Below are positions 63,827-64,000 of a stretch of 64,000 bases of DNA, piece after piece. Made by a program: the position numbers and the translations under genes. The notes under the pieces are model-generated. The model saw only the letters and a program-made list of their open reading frames with translations. It searched no databases and had not been told where the DNA came from. Each line of letters starts with the position of its first letter. Position 1 is the first letter of the stretch. The stretch is from Nitrospirales bacterium (GTDB lineage: Bacteria > Nitrospirota > Nitrospiria > Nitrospirales > UBA8639): contig CBDBCZ010000017.1 in NCBI GenBank assembly GCA_965203295.1, positions 1,632,001 to 1,696,000 on the forward strand. Direction: 5' to 3'.

Positions 63827-64000
63827 ATGTATATGTAGTCTCATGCCCAGCCTCACACGTTGTTAGAAAGTGGGTCTGGCTCACCCCGCATATTCAAAGT
63901 TGGGGCAGCATTACATCAGCGGCCCCCCTTACATCACTGTTAGGAAGTGGGTCTGGCTCACCCCGCATATTGAAAGTTGGGGCAGCATTACATCAGCGGT

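Overview
Eukaryotic, repeat-saturated animal DNA with no intact host protein gene; the repeat landscape resembles demosponge or other marine-invertebrate genomes (inference only). Recognisable content: a hAT (BED-finger) DNA transposon with a twice-frameshifted transposase (51321-56036, minus strand), a decayed LINE reverse transcriptase (~31.4-33.8 kb), many MITEs (MULE-type with 9-bp TSDs, pogo/Tc1-type with TA TSDs), Helentron/HINE-like elements, tRNA-Thr-derived SINEs, orphan pseudo-exons of p38 MAPK (about 8 copies) and spectrin, and several segmental duplications. The main unexplained signal is a same-strand cluster of about 24 small-RNA-gene-like cassettes (13 complete, 4 near-complete, about 7 relics). 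Each has the grammar upstream box - ACCCACAAGT (PSE/USE-like) - TATA box 28-30 nt after the start of that motif - hypervariable segment - Sm-site-like AATTTTTGG - short 3' stem-loop whose pairing is kept across three subfamilies with different stem sequences. I read this as a possibly undescribed, rapidly diversifying family of ~50-90 nt Sm-class (U7/SmY-like) RNAs. Transcription and function are untested inferences. Coordinates were counted by hand and may be off by a few bases.
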